Shown here: positions 12,200-24,939 of the stretch, piece after piece
How the letters are laid out: every line of letters starts with the position of its first letter
How positions within the stretch are numbered: position 1 is the stretch's first letter
DNA from: Styela clava
Lineage: Eukaryota
Length of the DNA: 64,000 nt
Reading direction: 5' to 3'
Assembly: GCF_964204865.1 (NCBI RefSeq)
Contig: NC_135250.1
Coordinates: forward strand, 4,030,001 to 4,094,000
Notes under the pieces: model-generated
The model's database searches: none
What the model saw: only the letters and a program-made list of their open reading frames with translations
Told to the model about the DNA's origin: nothing
Made by a program: the position numbers and the translations under genes

Positions 12200-15100
12200 G
12201 ATACGCTCCAATGCACATATTTCTCGTCTCCTTTCGCGACCGTTTTCCGCTTGCTTTTGCTAATCGGCGTCCTCTTTACGTTTAGTACCTGCCTTTTTGC
12301 GCCTGTAACGAAAGAAAATAATCTCTATATCTAAGAAGTTTTGCTCACTTGGAAAGCTGGAATGACATACAAGCTGTAAAGAGTAATTCTGGACATCATA
12401 GACTTTTTTTATCAGATTACAAACGCGATAGAGTAAAGATTTGTGTGGGACATTTTGCAGATAATGACAAAGTTCAAAGTTAGTAATTTTAATGTTTGCG
12501 CTTAAACATTGAAATTTCATTTAAAGAGGGTGTCATACAAAACAGCAAAACTGTTTTTACTTCTCTTAACGGTGCTGTGATACAATTCCATAACACAAAG
12601 TTTGCACCTATCGAACTTGCTTTAGTAGGTGAATTTATTAGACATTATTAGAAAAATTTATTGTGAGGAATTTCGCATGTAATTCTCATTGATTGGTGGC
12701 TGTTTATAATTCCTATTAATTGTGAATTCTGATTATAACAAAGAATTTACTGGCACCTTTTAACAAGACAATACATTTATGTCATCTGGAAGCAAAATAT
12801 GCACACTAATTGAAAGTTTGACACATTGAGATAATACATCATTACAGAAAATACAAGTTAAAGATATGTATGACCATATATAAAAAAAAATTAATAGGGG
12901 CTGTGGAGTATGAAATATTCAAGACAAAGAAAAGAACAAAAGTTCATAGCCCATGAACTCTCAATTTTGCCTCCATTGCTTTGTGAAGGCCAATATATTC
13001 CCAGTGGATGAATTGGTTTACCTTTATGATAGCAACGATTTCGTATTTAATACGGCAAATTTTTTTTCAATTTAATTGAAGTGATATTATTTCCCAAAGC
13101 AATGCTTGAATTGTCTAGAATAGATCAGTGGTGTCAAACTCATGGGTTTTCGAGAGCCGCATTACATGTTGGAAATTGTAAAAAGTGCCGCAAACAGTTT
13201 TTGATAATCTATACTTGAAAGATATTTTCAAGATAGTTTTAGTTTGTGACATATATTAGGATGCAACTAAACAGTTGGATTAAGTTTTATTATTTTCTTT
13301 AATTTCAAATGCAATTTCATGTTAATATTTGCATTCCACTATTATTGCAAGTTACTGTATTTATTACAAAAATCATAACATTTTATGTACAACCATCAAA
13401 ATCATTTTTGAACAAGCTTTGGATAAGGAAAGAATAATACATACACTAAAAAAATGACTTAATCTAAATATATGGACCTAAAATTAACAAAAATACTACA
13501 ATATAAACTCAATGTTTTTTAATTACATTTGTCCTGACGTTTGGCATCTTTTTTGTGTCACCAGCATACTAGAGCCAGGATGAAATAATTTTATAGTACC
13601 AACTCTAACTAACGAGGTCACATGATCATGGGTTAATCTGGATCTTTGCGAATGTTTAATTAATTCCAGTAATGCAAAAAAGTTACTTTTATCATTTCAA
13701 GTATAGATCAGTAAAAAAACAAATGACAGATTTTTTCGACAAGACATTTCGCGCCACATTGCATGGCATAGGATTGCTTGAATTATTATTGATATTTAGT
13801 AACAAAAAAGTTGTATAATTATATTAATATACAAACACATGGAAATTTTCTGTTCGAAGTTGGTCTTCGAATTTGTCATATTGACTGCTGGGCTTATTGT
13901 GTTTTTCATTGTACTGATGGAAATATGACAAATTAAACAATGTGCTTCAGAGAATTTTGTGAAATGCAGAAATATTGCAACTCCCATTTTCTTCGAAAAT
14001 GCCACCTTCTTCATGTACTTTGCGTTTAATTTAATAACTCAAGTGTTTTATTCAAGTATTCTTTTGCTAGCTTGATGTGTATTCTTAAATGGGTTAAAAT
14101 GTGAACAAAAAAAATTAATTTTTTAAAACTACTTTTAGTAAATTGTTTTCTGTGTGAATATTCAATTTCACTTCAAAAAGTTTGAAAAATCTGTTACATT
14201 TAGATGAAAAAAACTTCCAAAATACTTTTACAATTATTGTTAAGCTTTCGATGCCGCACTGGAAGTTCTCTGGGGCCGCGAGTTTGGTCTAGATTGAAGT
14301 TGTCCAAAATATATACCAGTATTTTATCATGAATCATGATTATATCCTTTCCTGAATTTTTTCTATAGTACTACCAAAAGTTGATGAACCAAATATAACA
14401 TAGGTGTAGTGACCCGTAATCCTCATTTTTCAAAGCTGTTTTAAGTATGCCTGGCATGTTTTGTGCTTTTTCACAAAGAAGACCGCTTATGCAATCTTAC
14501 GCATTGGAATTTTTAGTTATTTTCCTCAAGCCTTGCAGGATGTAGGGGCCATACACATCTCTACCGGAGGGTCAAATGCTTTTGCATGCCTTCATAGGTT
14601 GTTCTTCTATTGCAAACATTTATGGAGTATCCTAATTATATTTCTTGGAATCACACTGTCACTGATATGTCGCCAGACTTCTTCTGATATCTCCCCTTCT
14701 GCTACAGTTGTCCTGTGAATAAATAATAGGAAATTGAGATTAGACGAATAGTTGAAAGTTTTGCTTTATGTCGGCTTAATTTTTTGATTAATATACTTAC
14801 TATTTTTGCTATTGCCTCTTGTGCTGCAGGAGTCTCACAATGCTTAGACAGGTTTGTCCACAACTTTCACATCTGAAGAAAGAGAGGAGATTTATTAATT
14901 TTCGTTAAGAATAAATAAAGCAGTCTATATGACTTAGAATGGAAAAGCTAATAAATCCAATATCTCATGTTTAATGTAAAAAATGTTTTACTGAATTTGG
15001 TATATAAATCAACTAATAAAAGGGTTTAGTCAGAAAATTACAAGCATTCGTGGCTCTAAATACTTGAGAGATCATACTATACAATATAGACCGGTATGAG

Positions 15101-15570
15101 TGAAATGTTAGGTGAACTTGTTAACCCTTTGATTCAATACGCAAATAAAAGTGAATGAGCAATAGTATGCTACAGCAATGAGTATATATTTCTACACTGA
15201 TTAGAAAAATCTAAATGGAGGTGCATGAACTATTTGAAACCATAAAGGGTAAGTGAATATGCAATTTCGGCAAATGGGCAACTACGTACCGTATTGATTT
15301 GATAACTTCGTAGTATTTGACAAAAGCTGGCTTTCCCACATGTACTTAACAGTGCTATGTCTGGGTGTGATATACAACAATAAAATTTACCTTACCTTTT
15401 TCCGATTTCTTTTTACCTTCAATTTTCCAAAATATTATTAAAATTGACAACAACTGTCAAAGCAGGCACGAACACCATTTGTGCTACGCCTTGAAAGCAG
15501 CACACATCCGCTCGTTTTCGTCTCGTCAAGTACCAAATCTTCGGACAAAAATGCCGAAGTTGCGCATCAT
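12200..15570 (-). other. Candidate spliced non-coding transcript or decayed gene (4 putative exons)
   Basis: GTAAG donors at 15395, 14800 and 14500; pyrimidine-rich CAG acceptors at 14873, 14713 and 12303; no continuous ORF. Confidence 0.35.
13126..14287 (-). mobile_element. Internally deleted Charlie/SPIN-like hAT transposon with transposase remnants
   Basis: Left end CAGTGGTGTCAAACTC, right end GAGTTTG (truncated). Minus-strand fragments resemble the hAT N-terminus (KWELQYF..AHCLICHISISTMK, allowing frameshifts) and the C-terminal dimerisation domain (LIKHSQRSRLTHDHVTSLVRV). Confidence 0.7.
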
Positions 15571-16364
15571 GTTGTTAAATGTCATTGGTTCTAAGTTGTG
15601 TTTCCGAAATTTGAGTTCATATCGAATAACTTGATTAGCATTCCGTTTTCTGAAGAGTTTTAGTTCAGTTGCAGTAATCACAAATTAGTCCATAAATAGC
15701 TGTGATCGACTAGGCTGAAAAAATAAACTGATTGGGCAGTGATGAAAAGGTCATTAAGTAGTTTGAAAAGCATACAAATCTATGCTGGTAAATAGACCTA
15801 TAGACGGATACGAGTGTCGCTGCTCGATAACCACTTCTGGTTTATCGCGACTCCTTTCACCGCGGAATGCAACTTTTCATTTTTTTCCGGATTTTGTATC
15901 TAAAATAAAAAGCTGAGGAACATACTGCTCAGCACAATGCGCGAATCGTCGTTCATGTTATGTACAATTACTTATATATATATATTGCCGATCTGATGTC
16001 TGTTTTATCTTTTGGTCATAGCTTTTTCACACACTTTGCATCTGTTATTTGGTAATACCAAAAATGATTTTAATTTTCGACAAACGAGTACGTTTCGATG
16101 GTTAAAATAAGTTTTCCTCAGAGAGAAAATATTTCAATAGGCAATCAAAAGTAAAATCGATCTACATGGGCTACCTCAAGCTGACTTGTCTACAAGTCTA
16201 TACATAATCTACTGTTATAATTCAAACCTAAACCTGCTCACCGGGAACGAGTACCAGCGACAATTGTATTTCTTACCCATGTAAAGATCGTACTCTGGTC
16301 ACGCAAAGCGGCATACGCTTATTCGAATATGCCGAGAAAAAATCATACGCGGGGGGATTTCTGT

Positions 16365-18282
16365 TAGGCTTACCATACGTCCCGCTTAGGCGGGACAATC
16401 CCGCTTTTTAGCGTCTTGTCCCGACAAGTCAGCCAAAAGTCCCGCTTTTGCTTTCAGCCATCCAGCATAATACACGAACATGTTCTCGTTACTGCTGTTG
16501 CTGGGTAGCGCAACGCTAGTGTACTTACTGAAGGTGAATGCGTTATTTTGTTTGTTTCGTTGTTTCCCGCTAACATTGTTCGCGTGAATGTAACATTGAA
16601 CAAAGTTTTTTTTAAGATGTTATCTACAGAAAAGCATGCTTGGGCGAATAAGTAAATTCTCAATGCTTGAAAACGACAGACTATTTCATTAACCTTCATT
16701 CTATTTGCTGTACATAAAAAATCTAAATTCGGATCATTTGTATCGTTAGCGTCTAATCCAGTGTTTCCCAACCTGAGTCCGCGGTCTCAAATGAGTCCGC
16801 GGAGCGTTTGAATGGGTCCGCAACGAGCCAGAAATTCGTGCGAGCCGCAAACTATTTTGCGGAACTTAACTATCAGCCAATTTACGATTTACTTTGAAAT
16901 TTACATAAAACATAAAAAGCAAGTTTATTCACATAACATTAATCGAGTCAATAATTACTCGTTACCGAGTAGGGCTAGGCATATATTCGAATATTCAACT
17001 ATTAGAATAGCAATTAAATATTCGGAAATTTGGTAACAGGTTACGCGACAGGTCACTTGCCCTTGTGCGCGTCCCCTAATCAAACAATTGGATTTCACAA
17101 CTCACTCAAGAATTTTCGACGAAAACACACAAGTCTGCACACGCGTCGATAGATGGTGGCAACCCGAATTTTCCAAATTGAAAAGCGGCAATACAAAACG
17201 GAGAACACCATAAGTTTCATATAATGATGGTCCGCGACCGATTAAAAACGCTTTTTTAGACATTGCCAAACGCGAAATTTCGGGTGCTACCGTAGTATAC
17301 GTATACCAGGGCATGTTCCTTTAGAATGGTTTGCTTTACTGCCTCAACATTGATACGCCGTACAGTACTAGTATGTGTTGTACGAACAGCTCAGATTTGT
17401 GGAATTCACAAAAATAGGAAGCAAAACAAAATATAATCTGGCCCTTTACCACGCATTTTTTTGTCCACGGATTGTCATGAGATTTTCTGAGTAGTATTTA
17501 TTTCGCCAACACAATCACAGATTAAAATGATCACAATTAAATTAATAATAAAGCAAGGTGATGAATATTCATTTTTCATTTACTAATATATTTTAAATAT
17601 ATATATATATTATTATTAAGTACTGTGTCAAGTTGTACTTTCTGGAAATTTATAACAGATAGTGAGATTTTTCTAACGACGATAACAAATTTGCAAGATC
17701 GCAAAAAATATGTAACAAAACTAAATATAATCGGGCAATATAGTCTCACATTGTTATGTTCACAGATTGCCGATTGGCATTTTAAAGAAGAAATGCTTTC
17801 ACCTTGTCGTAAGTCGACGCAACCGCGAGTTGCCATGAACACAATTAAATTAATATAGAAAGACATTGGATTGAATATTGTGCGACAGAAAGCCAATTAT
17901 ACACTAAAAAAGTCGGCTCTTTTTAACGAACGCGTAACTGCGGCGAATTTCCGATTTTGAAATTCTTTACAATTCTGTTGTATATATTTGATTTTATTGC
18001 TTCTTCGCACAAGTTGCAATAAACTCACTTTGAGTCCGCAAAGGTTTTCGCGGGTGAGAAAATAGTCCGCGACCAAAAAAGGTTGGGAAACGCTGGTCTA
18101 ATCCTTTCTATTTTTCAAACTGAACCCAATATTTAGACAGAGAATATGCGCATGAACTCTCGATGACAATATGGTTAATGAAGACAGCCGGGATGGCTTA
18201 AATGTAGGCCTATGTAGTAAAATCGTAGTAGTAAAGTTACAGGAGGCGTCCCGCTTGAAGTCAAAAAAATATGGTAACCCTA
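16365..18282. mobile_element. hAT-like non-autonomous element (outer host of a nest)
   Basis: Ends TAGGCTTACCATA / TATGGTAACCCTA with repeated subterminal GTCCCGC motifs; TSD not recognisable. Confidence 0.55.
16759..18095. mobile_element. hAT (Charlie-like) non-autonomous element nested in 16365-18282
   Basis: TIRs CAGTGTTTCCCAACCT / AGGTTGGGAAACGCTG; perfect 8-bp TSD GTCTAATC; subterminal GTCCGC repeats. Confidence 0.85.
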
Positions 18283-18525
18283 CAAATAATATATATATAT
18301 ATATATTAAGTATTGAAGATTTCATTACGGCATTTGATATAGTAAAAGAGGCAAAGGATAGTGTGACTTTGCATATTGCAGATTTCATTACGGCAAAATA
18401 TTACAAGTGTACCATAGGCCGCTTATTGGAACACTCGCTTCTCCGTTTTGGTGCATAGCCGGCTTTTTAATGAAAGTATACGCAAAAGTAAGGTCCAAGC
18501 GATATTCTCAGTTATCCTTGGTTTA

Positions 18526-21500
18526 TCATGGCGCCTGGTAGCATTTCCTCTGCACAATACTCGGTCCACATTCTTCATATTCATCTTTTGTTATCCAATA
18601 TTGTTGGAACATTCCGGTTGAAGCCAGTACCGATCCTCCAAGCCAGGCACAATGTCTTCGGTCGGGAATCGCCTCCACCTGTACAGTGATTCCTGCAGGA
18701 GCGAATGCTTGCACTTCTTTCTGCAGACGTTCAGGGAAGCCTGTCAATATGGTCAAATCGGAGAAGTAAATTTAAAAGTTTTATTCGTTGGGCTTCTGAT
18801 GAACACACAGTTGATCATGTTTATCTAAGAAAGTCTGAATATGGTCAGCTGAAAATTTACAGAAATATATTTGTGTAAGTGTGGTGCAAAACGCTCTTGA
18901 GTAAATTTGGGGAACTCCCGTAGTGTGCGTAGCAGGTTAGAGTTAGGCCATAACTTTATTCAGATTTTCCTTATTTTAGTTTTTCTACGAGTTCAGGGAC
19001 TGTCTGTGTTAGCCAATTGAATGTACCTCTTGCCCATAGGTTTCCGTCATTTTACACAACTTGATGTAAAGTAAGCGAACAAAATTAGTTACCTCCATAT
19101 TGGCGGTACACACACTTGGCGGTACACACCTGGAACGCCAAATTTGGAGCATCGAGATTCGAGAAATTGCTATGCTATCTAGTTGAAGGTAAATAGCGAA
19201 TAACGCGGTGGCGTTCTTATGGTAACATGTTTTTTCGCAATTTTCGAGTCATGAACTATATGGCGTTCTTATGGTAACACGTTTTTCGCAATTTTCGAGT
19301 CATGAACTATTTATTCCCTTGAACATTAGTCAAGCAAAAGCGCAACCAGAAACGTTAAACAGCTTTCAAGTTGAATACCAGCCAAATACACTAGACGGAA
19401 TTTCCAGCAATTCGGAGAAGCGCATTTATGGTCGTGACAAACAAATTTAAACGCAAATTATCTGCGTGATAACGACAGACAACATAATATACCTGGGAAT
19501 AAAGTGGATCCGCCCTCCAGTAGAATATGTTCAAACAGCATATTTCGAATGTCTTCCTCACACCTTGAAATAGATTTGAGAACCAATTCATGAAGAGTTG
19601 TTTCTTGATCTGTCTCTCGAAATAGTATTTCGGGGCAACTGAATTGTTCTTCTGATATAGTGAGATCCTGCCATAAATCATGTCAGGCGCATAATTTTTA
19701 ATACAAATTCATGGCATGTTTCAATTTATATGGAAATTTTATAATCAAGATACACAATATAAAAATAATTTCAAAATAATCTTGAGTGTATGAACATGTG
19801 TATCACAAATTTCAGCAGAATTAGCCAGCTCACTGCTCAACACAATATGATATAATACAACTATCAGTGTATATAGGTAAACATACAGTACTATGAATTC
19901 TCCGCCAATCAGAATTACGGGCGAGAAAATAGTTAGACAAACGATACAGACAATATAAACAAGGGTATTATCCTGCTTTTGCCTCGCCAATATCTTTAGT
20001 GTGTTATCTCTAATTATGTTTATTTTAGGATAAGTTAGATTCGGCGGCCCATTTTTCTCTGAAATGTAATAATAATTCAATCCAACCTAAGAACAGCGGA
20101 GGGGTTCGATCCCACCCTCCGTCACTTTTTAAAAATGTAAAAAGGGCATTTTCTATATCATACATCAGCGGTTCTCAACCGGGGGCCCTCGGCCATCTAA
20201 GGGGGCCACAGAGGAGTTTGAAGGGGGCCACAAGGATGGGCTGAAATCTGAATTTACTTTTCAAGAAATCTCACAGCTTTTCCTAGTTTGCTGCTCAACA
20301 AGGTTATTTCGCAGGGTGTTTTCGCTCTCTTTTGTGCAAATTGTTTTAACATAATGGGATTTGGGATCTATCAATGAAAATAACCCTATTAATACCTCTG
20401 GAATATCAAAGTGGGGGCCATGAGTGCTAAAAGCCTCCGAAAGGGGGCCACGAGTCATAAAAGGTTGAGAACCACTGTCATACATAGTAATTTTTCGTAG
20501 CTTGAAACGATTTTCAGACCCTCAAGAGTCAAGAATCTTGAAAACCCACCCGCTGGTTGATACGGTTTTGACCACGAATCATTGGAATCAAAGATACGTC
20601 ACCGATATTTTTATTTTTGTATACTAGCCCATATGAACTCGACAGAATAATAAATAATTGTGAGAATATACCTTCCCATCTGGGAGTGTGTAGGTTTTGT
20701 TTATAGAATCGGTCGCTTTCTTTTTCTCCTCTTCAAAATCAAGGGCAACGTAACATAATTTTTCCTTGATTTCTCTCAATATTTTAACATCACCTGAAAA
20801 AGATGCGTGGAAATTTTAACTCAATAATTGAATGCTTTGCATTCTAAACAACAAAATTATATGATGACAAGGGCATAAGCTGATGAATTATTCCCAGAAC
20901 GTAATGAAATCTTTTATCGTTTATTTTGATAGCTGTCCAGTCAAAAGAAAATATTTCAACGTGCCGTCATTTTGTTGGACAAACAGCCACTTAAAAGGAG
21001 CCACAGATATCTCTGCAAAAACTACTTTTATTTGCAAGGACCGGAATCTTACCCGTTCGAAATCACTTACCCAACTTATTACACGTTTGGGGAGCTAGAG
21101 AGGGAGGGGTCGTGGAATTGGAACTCGAGATATGAAATTCGCGATGACGACACAGTTAAGTCATACGCTTTAACTGCAAGGCCACTGATCCGCCCGTTTT
21201 TAACATAGCTTAAGAAGTTTTAAGCGCCAAATTTGATCTTTATAAATTGACATTTCTCCTCAACCTTGCATGGCTAATAATATATAATTACTGTATGCTA
21301 AATTGCTAATACCGGCGGCGGCACTTATATATACTGTACTGCTAATCTATGCGAGGAATCTAATCGTCAACGTTTGTGATTTTGATATTATGTATACATG
21401 GAGAACACAAAAGTCGTGTTTTCTTACCTGAAGTTGCAAATGAATGTCCTTTGTCATTCAATAACTTCAATAAATGATAATCCAGATCAGTACCGGCCTT

Positions 21501-24352
21501 GAACATATGTGAAATAGCTTTTCCGATGATTTGACCGCCTTGCATTGGAACTACACGGGCGACATCTTGGCCAACGCTAACCACAGTAGCTGAAAAGTAT
21601 AAGAACATTTGATAAGAATTGCCAATATTTGCTATAAGCTGTAATTGTCGTCAGGCAAGGAACTACTTACTACTAACAAATTAACCAATAAATTTGAGTA
21701 ATTCGATATTGGTAATACGATAACATTCGAAGGTACTCCTGAAGTATGCGCACCAAGATGTCGCACAACCTGAACCCCAACCTGATACACAACCTGAGTT
21801 CAGGTTGTGCGCCATCTTGGTGCGCATACTTCAAGAGTTCCCATTCGAATAGTAGCTTTCGCCATCAGATGTAACAAAATTCAGTAGTTTCGCATGTGAT
21901 TATTAGCAATATACATGATTTATCGTGTTTTACATGCATTTTCGTGGATTGAATTGTTTCGCAATAATTGATCCGGAGCAAAATCCTGCTCCGTGAAAAC
22001 GAATGGTTTTCAAGATAAAAAAGAAAGAGAGGTGATTTCAACGAGTAATATGAAATCTCCAATCATTTTAAGGCAATTCTCAACAACATTTGTTATTATT
22101 AGTTGACTTCAATTCATCTGTTGATACGTATGTTTATTTATGGGACTAAATTGCATTGTAATCTTAATATCGGAAATAATAAAACATATTAAGGCATTCT
22201 TATGGTCTTTGCAGTTATATCGAGTTAACAGCTATTCCAGTTCAAGCTAGTAACCTATATTATTTTTTTATATTTCGGAGTCAGGTCAGTATATTGCACT
22301 ATAACTGTTAGTTAGTAGCAGTTGTAACATGCAAACGTGGTAGTTAAATGTAACCCGAACTGCAAATTAGATTCTAACCTGTTGTATATCCGTACACATA
22401 TTGACAGAGATAAGCATGTGAGCAAAGGTAAGCGCGAGGAACTTTGATTTTCTCAAAGATGGTTTGCGTCGTTTTCTCTCGAGAAACCTGGTATAAAATG
22501 ATATTCAGTTTAGCGTGGAAAACAAGAAGTATATGAACACGAGAGTTACGCGTCGGTACCGATAGATTCAGGTATTCATTTTCAATATACGATATGAAAT
22601 AAATAAAAGACATGTAACAAATTACAAAAAACGGATATCGGCCTGTTGCAGTATACAAATATAGCAACGGAACAACTGAATATTAAACATTTACTTATTT
22701 AGACACAATCATATTGAAAAGAATACGAAATAAACTACGGATGCCACAATAACTATGGAATATTCCTTAAAGGTTTAGCTTGCCACTTTCTAAAATGATC
22801 GGCGACACATAACGAAATGCCGTGTAAAATGTGATAAATTGTTAGTCAAAATAACGGGCACCATAGGCATCAGAGAAATTTAAAATAACAAATTCAAATC
22901 AATTGATACAGTAGATGCGAAAAAAAGCAATTTTTCACCATGAAGGCCCCGTTACGCTGTTATACATCATTAGAATATCTTTCTTATGTATGCAGTGTCT
23001 GTAATATAAGTGTGTGTAATAGTATGATGAATTAGCTTTCTGTGTTAAAAGTTTAATTGGAATCGCTATCTATGATGTAATTTGTGGCAATGACGAAAAA
23101 TTTTGCGTCACGTTTTTAACACTCTATATATATATATGTGAAAAATTGAGAAACGTACAAACTTCAATTTTCCTGTTACAAACTCTCGAAAATAGGTTAA
23201 ATGGCAAAAACAAATCAAATAATACGCATTCTAGAATATATAGGATTCTAATATCACGTATGAGATTTGCGTTGATTTTTTCGAAAGAGTTTGCCCAAAA
23301 CTATCCTACGTTTATCTATTTGAAAGACCTCGAAGAAATAAGTTATAAATTATAATTCTGAATGAAAATTCAACCATTTTCCCAGTATTGTTAAACTAGT
23401 TAACTTACAATTGGGTTTGTAACAGCCTCTGTCAAAAATACTGATCGTTGCGTTGGGTCTATTCGCAGTTCGTTATAGAAAGAGTGAAACCATATTTTTT
23501 CAATGTCATCCCAGTTTGTAATAATGCCTCCTTCTACAGGACGAGTTGTTTTCTTTAAGATGCTATTTTCGACTACTGCTTCGTCCCCAACGTAAGTGTC
23601 TTTAAGGTGAGATCCTACAATGCCTGGCTAAAATAAAGAAAAATTTGTGAAAAATGTATCAGTAAAATAGCGGATAAATTGAAAAATCACAAAAATAATC
23701 AATCTAGTGTTGTAAAACTCTTGGAATTGTGTTTTCACATCTTGTAAGTGTAAGTGATGTCTTAAAGGTGAGATCCTACAATGCCTGGCTAAAATAAAAA
23801 AAATTTTGTGAAAAATGTATCAGTAAAATAGCTGGTAAATTGAAAAATCATAAAATTAAAAATCAAGTGTTATAAAACTCTTAGAATTGTGTTTTCACGT
23901 CTTTATTGCGAACAATGCTTTGAACAAACAGTCACTGATACATAATGAGATACAATTTTGGAAAGACTATAATCTTTCCGCTTCGACAACCTTTGGCTTT
24001 TCCTACATGGGTCTTGGGTGTAGTTATTGAAAGAGATGGCATGGATGACATGAAGCTGTTTTGAGCTTATCTTGCCCGTCTTGATTTCGATATTTATATT
24101 TGTTTATTTTGGATATTTGCGTTCCACCCACGTATTCTCAACGTGTTGTTGAAACTTTCGCCAGATCCACTGCTCTATACCTTTGATTAATATTTAAAAA
24201 TAGGCCCTTACTTGAACTTTTGGCCGTCCAACAATTGATGGAAATATTGCTCTTGGTGCATCATCACCAGCGAACCCAACCCTCGTCAAACACGATCCTG
24301 TGTCAATCACAACAGCGATGTCAGGATCTTCTCTGGGATCGCAATCGGCCAT
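18526..24352 (-). CDS. Divergent actin / actin-related protein, 7 exons, about 380 aa
   Basis: Exons 24352-24212, 23627-23409, 22487-22379, 21589-21428, 20793-20672, 19667-19493, 18740-18526. All introns GT-AG, total 1143 nt, open frame. Actin motifs [86 protein letters not shown]. Confidence 0.9.
18911..19139. mobile_element. Merlin-like MITE, asymmetric subfamily (actin-like gene intron 6)
   Basis: GGAAC..CGCC ends; perfect 8-bp TSD AAATTTGG. Confidence 0.8.
19209..19310. repeat. 52-bp tandem duplication, each unit with an X-box-like GTTCTTATGGTAAC
   Basis: Units 19209-19260 and 19261-19310 are nearly identical. Confidence 0.85.
20166..20477. mobile_element. hAT-type MITE
   Basis: TIRs CAGCGGTTCTCAACC / GGTTGAGAACCACTG; perfect TSD TCATACAT; degenerate relative at about 5136-5458. 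Confidence 0.85.
21732..21841. mobile_element. Merlin-like MITE, short hairpin subfamily
   Basis: GGTACTCC..GAGTTCC ends; perfect 8-bp TSD CATTCGAA. Confidence 0.85.
23601..23903. repeat. About 140-bp local duplication including the exon-2 acceptor of the actin-like gene
   Basis: 23601-23742 is repeated at about 23762-23903. Confidence 0.85.
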
Positions 24353-24939
24353 GTCTACGGCTGGGTAGTAACCAGTAGTGGGATTCAGCCGGTTTGCACC
24401 GGTTCTATAAATCCGTCTCACGGAATTTTATGAGATAAGCGAACCGGTTAGCAATACTGGTTATTGTCAATGTTCAGTTTGTACAAAAACCGACTGAAAA
24501 ATATTACTGTTGTGATGGAACCAGCTGACAAAAAATTTGAATCTTACCACTGGTAGTAATTCAGAATATTAAGACAGAGAAAAGCTTCGACTTGGCTTGA
24601 CTTAATCCTAGCATCACCTCAATTACGTATCCCAATTCCTAACGCCCATGCCAATCTAAGCTGCGGATCTAATTACACGGTAATCTTTATGAATTAAATT
24701 TATTCATAATAACCCACAATTTTGCCTGGGGTTGTGTTGAGTCCTTACGGTGGTGTCGGGTCGAGAGGGATAGGTACATAACATAAGTCTTATTCACCCT
24801 AGTTGAGATTACCAAACCCGGATTATATCGATGGTTGAATACGATTTGCTATTACTGACTAAGCCTAATTAAGCGATAGACAGGAAGTTAATGATAACTG
24901 AACAGTTCTATTCAATATTGCTGAAGTCTCAAGCTACGT

